Positions 27,390 through 40,403 of a DNA stretch of 64,000 bases are shown one piece after another; the stretch's first letter is position 1, and the number at the start of each line of letters is the position of its first letter. The DNA is taken from NCBI GenBank assembly GCA_012295275.1, contig CM022675.1:11656001-11720000 (forward strand), read 5' to 3'. The position numbers and the translations under genes are program-made. This DNA comes from Chrysomallon squamiferum (lineage: Eukaryota; Animalia; Mollusca). The notes under the pieces are model-generated. The model worked only from the letters and a program-made list of their open reading frames with translations, was not told the origin of the DNA and made no database searches.

Positions 27390-27725
27390 AAAATATTTTT
27401 TTAAATTTCAATTTTATTTTATTATCACATAGAATAACACACATGAATTTCTTTTATAATACCTCTAAAATAACATTCGACATTTTTTATTTTGAAAATG
27501 TTTGTAAAAATATTTTTTTAATTTCACTCTTTTTTAAAAATTATCATATAGAATAATGTATCTGATTTTTTTTTTTTATAATATCTCTAAGTTTTGTTAA
27601 AAACATTTTTAAAAAGTTTATTTGGAAAATGTTAAATAAAATATTTTTAATATTTTACTTTGTTTTATTATCATATAGAATAATGTGCCTGATTTCTTTT
27701 ATATTATGTCTAAGTTTTGTTAAAA
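27390..27725. repeat. Degenerate ~120-bp tandem triplication abutting a splice acceptor
   Basis: 'aaaatatttttt...ttatca(c/t)atagaataa...tctaa' occurs three times, near 27390, 27507 and 27638. Confidence 0.7.
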
Positions 27726-29118
27726 GCATTAATCTTTTATTTAAATTGAGAGGGGAAAGAATAAAGACTTCTTAAAATTAAAATAAAAAAAATTAAAATT
27801 AAAATTAAAATTAAAATTAAAATTAAATAAAATTAATATTAAATAATAATGTTTCCTAGAAACAAAGTTTAAAAAAAAGAAAAAGAAACCCCAAAATCCC
27901 TTTTGGAGATTATAAAGATTCGGAATAATCAGTTTTATAGGTCAGAAATCAGTTTAAAAAAAAACAAATTTAATTGGTATATTGTAATACATTTTTATAG
28001 CTGAAATCTTTAAGTACCAAAAGTAGTGTACAGATCAGTATACAAACATATATACTTGTATTTTATTGTCCATTTTCTGTATATACACAGAACAATATAC
28101 AAAAAGTTGAATGAAGAAATAAAAAAATACTTTTAAAATGTATGTGTCTGTGTGCATGCATACATCAACACTATTATGCAGAGTACATATGTAACAATAT
28201 AAACATGCATATCATACGTAAATCAATCAATTAACACAAGCAGAGATACTGAATTTAGACAACATAGACAGACAGACAGACACATATAGGGAAAGACAGA
28301 TATTGCTATTGCTCATTTTCATTGAAATCACCTTTGCATATTTGTTGATATTTGGTTATGTTTTATTTTTCCAATTCTAAAACATGACTCATTTATTCTT
28401 ACCACCATTTTAACATGTTCACCATTATGTTTGCATTTATTTTAATATGTTTATGACCATGTTTTTTTTTGGTTTGCTTTTTTATTTTAGTTTATTAGTT
28501 TACTTTGTAAAGCACCCTTGAACTTACTTAGTATGGAAAGGATGTTGTATAAATAATAAACAACTGCCAAGGTCATTTTGGTTTCCCAGTTCATTGAAAT
28601 AACAATGATAAATTATATAAATGTATATTCTGAGTATATTAAAAATACTTCATTTACTGATGCATATTGCATTAATAATAAGGATATTAATAAAACTAAA
28701 TATATAATAATGTTTATTTAAAAAAATTTTGCCTGATGAAATATTTTTATTCTTAGTATCATTATATAGATGAAAATTAATAATAAATTAATAAAACTTC
28801 TGAGTATAATAATAAAATTTTATTTTTGCAGTTAAAAATAAAAATGTAATTTGATCCAGTGAAAGATATTTACCCTAACTGTATGTATAAAAAATAATAC
28901 CTATAAAAAGAAAAGTAATAAAACTATATATGCACAACAATAAAATTCATTATCCATGGTTTCATTTTAAAAATAAAAATAATTTCATCTAATGAAAGAT
29001 ATTGACAATTGACCTTGATTTTTTTTTTTTTTAATGTAATAAAATTAATATTTAGCCATTTGATAAATCTATATTTATTATAAAGTTATTAACTGCACAT
29101 AAAATAGTAACTTTTTAT

Positions 29119-29149
<31 letters not shown>

Positions 29150-29604
29150 ATGTTTGTGTGTGTGTTTGGCCAATATTATTCTAGGCAATGAAAACTAGTA
29201 TTTAAAAGAACTACATATATAATAAAGTTTCTTATGTCTAGTTAAATATAATTCAAAATTCTGTCCAGTGATTTTTTGATTTTGTCCCAAACAAATCTAC
29301 TGAAACAAAATGCCAATTTACATGTTTAAATTTGGCCTGTGTCATTCCAAGGAACATAATTCAAATTAGAATTTAAATCAGAAGCAGATTGGCAGATTCA
29401 CTGTTAAATGATTCAAACATAAAACCTAATATTAAGTCATCATTTTTGAAGAGTGGTTGTTTAAAAAAAAAAAAAAATCTGTTTGAAAAACCAATGTGAG
29501 AAAACAAAACTACGACAACAAGTGTTAAGAGCCACACAGACAGACAGAACAGAAAGACACACACACAGCCAGACAGAGCATGGTGACATCACTTATAGAC
29601 TGAC

Positions 29605-29707
29605 CTGTTTGTACGAAACAGTTGAATCTGAACGACAAAAGCAAAACAACACATCAAGCATCATTTCTTGTAACCGTGGCGACTTGAAAAACTCAAGCTC
29701 AGGAAAA
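29605..29707 (-). CDS. TBC1D5: TBC1D5 mutually exclusive exon, variant 2 (Q-finger exon)
   Basis: actgcag|T TTT CCT GAG...TAC AAA CAG|gtcagt; 103 nt, phase 2-0; FPELEFFKSPRLQEMMLDVLFCFCRSDSTVSYKQ. Confidence 0.9.
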
Positions 29708-30391
29708 CTGCAGTCGAACAAAGCAGAAACTCAACAGAGGAAAATAAATAAATTTAAAAGAAAAAAAAAGTCATGCTAATACATCTAAAAAATAAAATAT
29801 ACTGAACAAAAAATATGAAGGTTCATGAAATATTTGATCACATTGTTTTTGATAAGCAGATATTTTAAAGACTCTGCCAGTTAAATATATGATGGATGAC
29901 CAATAAAAAATTATATTTATTTTTATTTCAGTCATTCATACAAGTTATTGATGTTTAGTATGCAATAATACATTATGACCCTTAACTTGTTTTGCTCAGT
30001 ATAAGACATACAGTGAAAAGCTACAGGATATCACAGAAAAATTATAAATTAGATATACACAAACAATTTATTTAATAATAAACAAAAAAAAAACAACTAA
30101 TAAGTAATAAATAAGTAAAAGGTACTAATTTAAAATCGGTACCCATCATAGAAATAATAGAAAGATACAATTTCAATAGAAAAAATAAATAAATGAAAAT
30201 TAAAGATGGCCACAGGACAAGAAAAATCTACAAAAAGGAAAACTGTATCAAAAAAGTCAAAAAAATAAAAATAAAATAAAAATTAAATGAATAAATTACA
30301 GAGGTGAAAACCAGTCTGCTACAAAAGAAACATATTCAGGCAAACACACATGCGTCTGCTAGGAGAGTTTCTGATCTAGTGTAGTCTCTAC

Positions 30392-30494
30392 CTGCTGGTA
30401 AGAAAGCTCAGGGTAGAGTTTTGCATAGATAAAGAGAATGTCCACCATCAAATTTCTCAGCTGATTTGACTGAAAGAATTCTATTTTGGGGTAG
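30392..30494 (-). CDS. TBC1D5: TBC1D5 mutually exclusive exon, variant 1 (Q-finger exon)
   Basis: atttcag|C TAC CCC AAA...TAC CAG CAG|gtagag; 103 nt, phase 2-0; YPKIEFFQSNQLRNLMVDILFIYAKLYPELSYQQ. Confidence 0.88.
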
Positions 30495-31087
30495 CTGAAA
30501 TACAACCAGATTATAGGTAATATATAAAAAAAAAAAAAAAAATTAAAAAAATTAAAAATAAAAATGTTCTGCAAAATGTTCCTGGAGACAAATATAAACC
30601 CACAGCCTGGAATAAAAGAAATGCTGAAACATTATAAATTAGTCATATTCTGAAAAAAAAAGAAGAAAAAAAAAGAGGAAAAAAATATTTATATGTTAAT
30701 GATTATTTAAAAAAAAAAATATCTCTTGACATTTGCAGTATGATCATTCTGTGTCAATTTACCCAACAGTTTTAATCATTCCAATTAAAATTTTGATAAA
30801 AACTGGTTTCAAACTCCAAAACATCAAATTTTTTACTCTTTCAAAATGTGAATTTTTTTTATTCAAAATGGCCGCAACCACCAATTCTTATCCACCAAAG
30901 TCTTAGCAACAGACAATCCATCTTCATAATATTTCACATAAGACAAACAAACCAAATTAACCATTTCCCTCCTCAAAAACACCAAAACAATTATCATAAC
31001 CGTGTATTATAATAAATCATAACTTCATGAAAATTTTAATAAAATTCTAAATTTAAGTAATCCAAAAAACGATCATCAAAAACTTAC

Positions 31088-31155
31088 GTTCTAATAACAT
31101 CTTGTTTAATTGTGAGTCGTAGTTCATTGTCCTGAAAGAATTTGTTCCATGGACT
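31088..31155 (-). CDS. TBC1D5: TBC1D5 coding exon (arginine finger IxxDxxR)
   Basis: ttcag|AGT CCA TGG...AGA AC|gtaagt; SPWNKFFQDNELRLTIKQDVIR(T); phase 0-2. Confidence 0.95.
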
Positions 31156-31683
31156 CTGAAAACAAAAATTAAATATATATATACATAAATTTATAAACAT
31201 ATCACTACCCTATCTCTATCTGTCTGTATAAACTAGTAATGAGGTTCAACAAAATTTGGCATGTTGACAAGTATGGTACAAAGCCAACAGAACAACTGAT
31301 GTCAGTTTGAACAAATAATTTAATTAAAAATACACTCAACTCTTCATTTAATGAACCCCTATTTCAGATAATAAGGACAAATAGATACAAATACAGATTC
31401 AATAATTATACATACCCTTATAGTAAATCAAAATGTTAGCTGTGGTAGTAATCATGTATGGTCTTAATTCATTTTTGTAAGTTGAAATAAGACTGAATTT
31501 TATTACCATCATAGCTAAAACTTAATTTATTACAAGAGTATGTGAAATTTAACACATTTCTATTAAGTCTGGTTAACTGTTAACATCTTAAAACAGCCAC
31601 AAACATGTTTAAATGTATTAATTAATGACAAAGCTTATTTGATAACAGACAATTAACCCTTGGTGTTCTAAAGCATGGATTAC

Positions 31684-31758
31684 CTCATCATCTTGAGAGA
31701 GAGGGTTGTTTAAAGAGATGTCTACTTGATCAACAGCCTTGCGAGGGTTGACAATCAA
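31684..31758 (-). CDS. TBC1D5: TBC1D5 coding exon (Ins1 loop, VPS29-binding NNPL)
   Basis: tttcag|TTG ATT...GAT GAG|gtaatc; LIVNPRKAVDQVDISLNNPLSQDDE. Confidence 0.94.
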
Positions 31759-31984
31759 CTGAAAAACAAAAACTTAGATGATATCAATGAAGTAAAAATG
31801 ATAGTCAGTATTAGTTGTGACTTTTTAAGTAACGAAATTAAATAAAAATCTAAAAAAAATCGAATGTTATTAAAGATTTTTTAATAAAAATTTATGTTAA
31901 CTTGAAGGTAATTATATAATATCTCAGCAACAGGTAAAAATGAATAAATAAATGAATAAATAAATGAATGAATAAATTAATGAA

Positions 31985-32015
<31 letters not shown>

Positions 32016-32195
32016 AAATAAATAAATAAATATTTAAATAAATAAACTGATGAACACGTAGACAGACAGACAAGTAAATAAAATGATAGACAAATATAAA
32101 TAAACAAACAAACAGATAAATACAAATAATTTAAAACCTAAAGATAACTTGCAACCAATCACTACCATAAAAAACAGCAGTAATAATAATAGCTT

Positions 32196-32268
<73 letters not shown>

Positions 32269-32412
32269 TAACAATAACAATAATAATAATAATTAAATAA
32301 AAAAACAAAAAAAAAAAATTAATTTAATAAATAATACACTGAGAAGATATGAACCCAGGATCTATTACACTTCAACACAGAATTCTTCTCGTTTATGACA
32401 ACAAAAGGTTAC

Positions 32413-32502
32413 CCTGTTCTTCAAATCTTCATACTTGTTCCTCCATACTTGACATCTTGACTCCCAGAGGTCAAGGTCAGCTGGTAAGACATCGAGGTAA
32501 AT
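32413..32502 (-). CDS. TBC1D5: TBC1D5 coding exon
   Basis: ttacag|ATT TAC CTC...AAC AGG|gtaacc; IYLDVLPADLDLWESRCQVWRNKYEDLKNR. Confidence 0.92.
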
Positions 32503-32734
32503 CTGTAATTGAAAATAATCACATACTCAAGACACAGATGAATTTCAGATACAAATTTGTTTTTTTAACAGAACAGGGAAAATGTTGCATAAAGACAAAC
32601 TGAATTTAAAGTAAAGTGACTTCTGCATGTTATTCTACTTTGCTGATATTAATATTTGTGCCATTTTGAACAGTCACTGGAAAATCTGGACTTTTCATTT
32701 GCCCCCTTTTCAGTCTGTTAGAGTGAGGACTGAC

Positions 32735-32802
<68 letters not shown>

Positions 32803-32804
32803 AA

Positions 32805-32838
<34 letters not shown>

Positions 32839-33216
32839 TTATGAACCTCCACAAATAATAATAATATATAAAAATAAAAAAAAATCATTTTTATTCTCAT
32901 TTCATAAATTAGTTTTCAGAAAGATAAATATGATGATAACAAAAAAACCCTAGACAATTACTTCATTTTTTTCAATACACATGTGGATTTATAACATATA
33001 AATATTTGGCTGCAAGTTGTTATCAGTGAATGAATATTTGCTCATTGATAATTCTAACAAGTAACAGCTGTTAACTAAGTGACTGAATGAATCATAATAT
33101 GCTATTGATTCTAACTGATGTGTTACTTCAGACTTGGCTGTCCTAATGAAATATTTTATCAGGTCTGTCATCTGTTATTACTAGAAGCTATTTACCAGCA
33201 ATATATCCATGCATAT

Positions 33217-33258
<42 letters not shown>

Positions 33259-33518
33259 CACTCTTCACTATGTGTGTGTAAATATATATATTTATTTATT
33301 TATTATTATTTTTTTTAATTATTTTTACATTTTTATTGATTATAAATCCCTCTTTCTTTACACAGTAACTCATACATGAATGATACATATTATGGCACTT
33401 ACAAATGAATATAATATCATTTATATTACAAGTTATATGACCCTTTTCACATATGAATATCTATCTATCTATCTACCATCTATCTATCTGTCATATATAT
33501 ATATATATACGACAGATA

Positions 33519-33524
<6 letters not shown>

Positions 33525-33609
<85 letters not shown>

Positions 33610-33960
33610 GATATTCAAACACAATCTACAGTTATGATTATATCTATATATTCACGAACACACACACACACACAGACACACACACACACACACATACACA
33701 GAAGGAAAGACACACACACAGACACACACACACACACAAGGACACACACACACAAGGACACACACACACACACACTCACAAACACACACACATACACACA
33801 CACAGACAGACACACACAGACACACACACACACACACACACACACACAAGGACACACACACACACTCACAAACACACATAGACACACACACATACACACA
33901 CAAACAAACACACACACAGACACACACACAGACATACACACACAGGCAGACAGACAGACA
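33525..33960. repeat. (GA)n followed by a long imperfect (CA)n tract
   Basis: Directly visible; runs up to the donor at 33967. Confidence 0.9.
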
Positions 33961-33967
33961 AACTCAC

Positions 33968-34076
33968 CTTCCACACTACACTTCTGAAGCGACTACTTCG
34001 TAAGCGACCTGCAGTCCCATGGTCCTTCAGCTTGCTCTTGTAGTTAGGTGTGACAAACAGCCTCTCCCACTCTGAG
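33968..34076 (-). CDS. TBC1D5: TBC1D5 coding exon (LIR1-like EWERL and start of TBC domain)
   Basis: gtgcag|C TCA GAG TGG...TGG AAG|gtgagt; SEWERLFVTPNYKSKLKDHGTAGRLRSSRFRSVVWK; phase 2-0. Confidence 0.94.
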
Positions 34077-34763
34077 CTGCACCAAGAGACAAAAATATTC
34101 TCATAACAACAGTCTTATGTAACTTATTTCTGTTAATTACATATCTTAGCTTCATAAGAGACAGCATTTCAGATGAGAATACAAAAGACTTATTCTAACA
34201 TGCAGTAAAAGAAATATTCTTAGTAGAATGATAGCAGAGATTTTTTTTTTTTTTTAATTGAAATTTTTCAGTTAAATTATCCTGTTGAACTTCAATTTAT
34301 TTATTTATTTATTGTTATTATTATTATTTTTTATTATTTATTTATTTAGTGACTGTTGACTAGTTAAAAAATAAAAAATAAATTAAAAAAAAATATTTCT
34401 GCCATTGTTACAGTATTTTGAATTATTATGAACATCTAATTAAATGTAAGCTTAAAATATTTTTTCTAACTTTATTTTCTAACAACTATTAATAATGTAT
34501 ATATAATAAGGAAGATTTAATGCAGTTATGAATACTTTCACCTTAATTATTATTATTATTATTTAGTACTAGTAGCAGTGGTGGTAGTAATAGTAGTAGT
34601 AGTGGTAGTAGTAGCAGTAGCACTATATTATTTCAATAATCATTAATTAAATAAAATAATAAATAAATGATTTTAATTATAATATTATTAACAAAACTAC
34701 TGTGGTAATTATTCTAATAATAATGATGAGGATTGAAACAATAATTGTTTTAATACTGATGAA

Positions 34764-34828
<65 letters not shown>

Positions 34829-34932
34829 TAATAACAATAACAATAATAATAATAACAATAATAATAATAATAATAATAACAATTATAACAATAATAATAA
34901 TAATAAAAAATAATAATAATAATAATAATAAT
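34764..34932. repeat. (TAA)n/(CAA) microsatellite
   Basis: Directly visible. Confidence 0.9.
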
Positions 34933-35016
34933 TTTTAAAAATAGTAATAACAAAAAATAAATAATAAATAATTTTAAAAATAGTAATAATAAATAATCAC
35001 ATAAACAATAAATAAA

Positions 35017-35047
<31 letters not shown>

Positions 35048-35384
35048 TAACAATAAAAAAAACATTATTTATGTAACTACATCAAGTTAAGTTTCTGTAG
35101 GACATGAATTTATATTTTTTTACTGCTCATATCTGTAGTTTTATTTTACAGAAGAGATTTAAAGACCCGAATGAAATGTCTTTATTATCATGTGTATTAC
35201 CATGGTAATATTTTATTCATTTATATTGTGAGCTGTAGTAATTCATGTGAAAACAATTACTTCTAATATTAAATTTCAGATGTGATATGATTCAATTATA
35301 AAATGAAAAAAATAATAATATTTGACATTTTAAACCATTATTTGTTTTATTAGAAGAAGAGAAAGAGACAGCATGAGGAAGAAG

Positions 35385-35456
<72 letters not shown>

Positions 35457-36318
35457 ACAAGACAGAAAATGAAAAACTAAAGAAAAAAGAAAACAGAAAA
35501 AAGTATCATCTACAAAATCTGAAATTCTAAATGTTCTGACATATAAACTATTTTCTAAAAAAATATTTTCAAAAAATAAAAAAAATAAAGAAGAAAGCAT
35601 CACAATAGGGAACATAATTTATCTATTACAACAACAGACAAACCTCAAATGAAAATTTTTTTAAACAAATGGTAGAAAAAAAACATTTCTAATATTTCTT
35701 ATAATAATGATAACAATAATAACAATAATAATGCAATAATAAAGAATATGACAAAAGTGTATGTTATTAATTTAAGAATATTTGTTTAGTAATGTTTAGT
35801 CAACATAATATTAACAATTATTACAAACATATATATTTTCATTTTCTATATTACATTACTTGAAAGATGAATTACATCCTGCCTTTGTAATGGCTACTTT
35901 TATATCTTAGCAATAGAAGTTCTTCCACACATACCTTCCCACAGAATGGAAAACACAAAGGACTTATAATGAAAAGTAATAGAGCACTGGTTGGACTGGG
36001 AAATAATAAAACTGGTGCAGTGAAGAGATTTGAGCTTTCACACCATATTCTTATACTCCAACCAACCACTGAGCCATTTATGTAAAATATATGAATCATC
36101 AAACTTGTTTAAACGTGTTTTTAAATATGACAGATTAAGTTTTGTTGAATTATTTAGTAGTTCACTGAGGAAACTGTCAACTGAAGTTAAAATAAATAAT
36201 TTACAATAAATTACAAATGGAAAAAAAAATATGGTAAAGTCTTAAAATTGAAAAATTGAATTAGACACCATAACCAAAACCAATAGTGTTTTAGTTTTAC
36301 ATTCAGATTTAATAAGAC

Positions 36319-36419
<101 letters not shown>

Positions 36420-37544
36420 AAATATAAAATGATAAAATTAAACAGATAAAATAAAATTCTAAACAAATCAAATTTTAAACAAATCAAATTTTAAAAATTA
36501 AAATCAAAAAAAGATAAAAGAACAACAACAAAAAAAATATTTTTAAATTAATTTAAGACAAACAAAAAAATATTAAATTAAATCATCTCAAAAAAAAAAA
36601 ATCAAATATGACAAAACTGTTTAAGCAAATGGGATTTCTAAAATCAATATGTGTCAGCAAAATGTAAATAAAGAATAAAATGAAAAGTGAGTAGGTGAGT
36701 AGTGATAAGCTATGAACTAAGATTTATAATTCAACAAGGATAGATGTGGGAGAGAGAATATTCATGGAATTACAGAACCAATTACAGGAAATCTCTCTCT
36801 GTTGACAGAAATATTGAAAACTGCAGATTTCGTTGTCAAAATGCAAATGGCCTCCAATCTCCAGACACTAATAATAATTATATTCAGTTACTTGGTTGCC
36901 ATAGCGTTCCACAACATCAGAATTGGTTTATTAACTTTCATTATAGCAATATTTTCTGTAATGTGTATAGAATATTTATTTATTTATTTTTTTATTTTAT
37001 TTATTTTATTAATTTTTTTCTTTTTGTGAATAGAAAAGAAAAAATTCAAAAAGTAAAATAAATAAATAAATAATATAAAAAACACAGAAGTAAAAAAATT
37101 TAAAAAAAAATAATTATAAAAAAAAAAAAAACAACAGGAAATGTTGAATATTAATTTTTCTAAACACTTTTAATGCTTTTCGCGTCTCTGATTTATCAAA
37201 CGTGATTTAGTTGACAGGAAACAGACATGGAGCGCGCTCAGTGAAAAGGACATTTTTACAAATAATATTGTATTTATCTCGTCATTTCTTCTCTTCCGTT
37301 CACCATTGATTTTATAACATTTCTTGATTTTCTTGGTGTTTTTTTTTTTTTTTTTATAAATCTTGTTTTTGTCTTACAAAATGGCAGCTGAAAACTTAAT
37401 CACATGTTCACAAATAAATTGATATAAAAACATATTCAAACAGAGTAACATACATACACTAGCAAATAAAACTGTGAAATAATATCAGAAATTATTTTTC
37501 TTTTTTGATTTCTTTTAATAATCAGATAATTAGAAATTATTGTA

Positions 37545-37576
<32 letters not shown>

Positions 37577-38222
37577 TGACACCAACAAACATATAAGCAC
37601 TTGTAAACACAATAACATTTTGAAATTAATTTTTTTTCATTTTTTTTTTTTTAAATCAGATTGTTGCACATGCACCTACTAGCACAAACACACAGAAAAC
37701 ACAGAAAACATTTTAACCCTTAAAAATATGCAGAAATACATGTGCGAAAAGCTTTGTGTGTATTAGTGAATTTATCTACATTTGATTACATACATAGAAA
37801 CATACATATAAATTTTATGTCTTTGAAGTACATGAAAATATTATATACGTGCATCTTTATGTATGTAAGTATATAAGTGCATTTGTATGTGTACATGTGA
37901 ATATAATAATATATATATATACACAGTAGCATAAGCTGGTTTATTTCATAGGGTGTGCACATGGAATGTCACTCATTAATAATGCAGCTATCTGCACTGT
38001 GTCAAATCATGATATAACTTAGCTGTGACATGTACAGTGCTATCTCTGGGCAACTGAAGCAGTGTTTTACAATATGTATATATATAAAATATAGATAAGG
38101 GAGGTGGGGGTATGATATATTCAACATATTACCTATATTTAGCACCATCTATTATCACTCTCCACTCCCAGTCACACAATTCTGAATACTTAGATTGGCT
38201 GAAACATGCCCCAGAAATAATA

Positions 38223-38257
<35 letters not shown>

Positions 38258-38712
38258 ATTAGTGAAAAATTAAAATAAATAAAAAAAAAATAACAATATG
38301 GTCTATTCTGCAGATTCAACATAGTTAATACACATTTATTACTTAATACTGTGATTTTTCAGTAAAAACATTGCAAAGCTATGACAGATTTTTTGATGCT
38401 GTATGCAGGATTTTCTTTTTCTCTTTCACAGCAGTGCAACACAAGTAGGTGCCCAGAGAGCATATATTTGTGTGGAGACAAATAAATCATATAGCCAAAT
38501 GCTTATTCAGAAAGATTCAGACACTGTTAAATGTATTCTGACAAGTAATTTATCAAAGCAAAATGGTTCCAGCCAAAGAAGCTACATTTTATTATACATG
38601 TGTCTGTGTCTGTGTGTGTATGTCTGTGTATGTGTATTTGTGTGTGTGTGTGTGTGTGTGTCTGTGTTTGTATGTCTGTGTGTGTGTGTGTGTGTGTGTG
38701 TCTCTGTGTGTA

Positions 38713-38751
<39 letters not shown>

Positions 38752-40273
38752 AACTATTTTTGCCTTGATAAATGACTTGTTATTTAGAAATATATATTGT
38801 TTAAAGTCATTTCTTTCATATACAAGTGCTGGTTTTTTTCATAGAAAAAATAACAAATACATTGTTGCTAGGTAAAAACTATTTTGCTTTTGATACAACA
38901 TGACAATGAAATCAATATGTGTGAACTTGTTGCTCTTAAGAGTGGTCCACAGAGAAACAAAACAGTTAATTTTTTGTTTTATTTAGGACTGCAGGATAAA
39001 AGGAATAACTACTTAGTGTCTTAAGATATCAGTTTTATTCTGCTCAGATTAAATGGCAACTGCAACTCGTCAAAGCCTCGCTTCTTATGCAATTCTCATA
39101 TTCAGATAAATAAATAGATCAATCTATCTATCTATCTATCTATCTATATATATATATATATATATAAGAATAGCATAAGCATATGTATGATGTTTTATTG
39201 ACATTAATATGGTAATGCTTATGTTCCCTCCCATTTCCATGACTGTGCTTGTCTTGTTTTTGAAAATATTATTTTACACAGAAAACCCCTACTAATCTGT
39301 TATTATTTTACTTTTATGAACAAATCATGAATTAATCTGCATTACCAACTTTCAAGTTAACACTGGAAATGTAAAGAAATAGCATTAGTTTTATACAGAA
39401 GTAATTGAAATTATAATTATATATATATTTTTTTTAATTGTAATTAAATGTAAAAAAAAAACCAAAACTGATAATGCTCTGTTTGAAGATACTGAATTCA
39501 TGTGGAATTAAAATAATTTTGTTATTTTCTGTATAAACAAGCAAAAAAAAAAAAAAAAAAAAACCCCAACAAATTTTTCAAATATAACCAACTTAGAAAA
39601 AGCTATTTATAAATGATTATTTATTAATAAGAAAAGACTGCATCTGGCAACATATAATTATATTGAAAAAAAAAAAAAAATCAAGAAGAGTTTGAATACT
39701 GAAACATCTATTTTAGTTAACTAGAAAGAACTATTTATAAACATGTAACTTCAGCTGAATGCACATAATTATTTAATAAGAGGAATATCTAAAGGCTGAT
39801 GTTGAAAATTAAGATGATGCACATGTGGAATCAAGACAGAAATTGGATTTGATTTCACTAAAGATGTGCATTATACAAAATCAATTATTAAAATTGCATG
39901 CTGTTAAATTAATAATAATCTGATAATAATGATTCAGTAAATGCCTTAAAAATGATATTAACAACAACAACGACAAATAATAATAATAATAATTATTATT
40001 ATTATTATTATTATCATTATTATTAGTATAACATCAAAATAATACTAGCATTACCACCACTACCAACAATTCAAAAAATTCAAATAATAAAACAACTACT
40101 ACTGCAACTCGTACAACTACAACAAGGACCTCTATTCACCTTCAACCACTACAAACACAACTACAATTAAAAACGCGTCTACAACTACAAACGCCACTGC
40201 AATTGTAATCACTTTGACAACTACAACCACCACCACTACTACTACAGCAACAACTACAACAACAACAACCAAC

Positions 40274-40397
40274 CTGTAGGAGCTGGAGAAGCTTGCACTG
40301 GGGGATTCGTCAAGCAGCATGTCCCATCGGCCGTGTACACTCTCCTCACTCAGCTGCGACTTCAAGTTGTTGTTGTTTTCTGCCCCCTGATGACTCC
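40274..40397 (-). CDS. TBC1D5: TBC1D5 N-terminal coding exon
   Basis: atttcag|GG AGT CAT...TAC AG|gttggt; (G)SHQGAENNNNLKSQLSEESVHGRWDMLLDESPSASFSSSY; phase 1-2 matches both neighbours. Confidence 0.85.
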
Positions 40398-40403
40398 CTG
40401 AAA

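Noticed and set aside
30560-30960. Possible third Q-finger exon or further exon copies in neighbouring introns
   Set aside because: No additional AG...YxQ|GT unit found by eye; this stretch looks like an interspersed repeat fragment (caaaatggccgc) that I cannot name.
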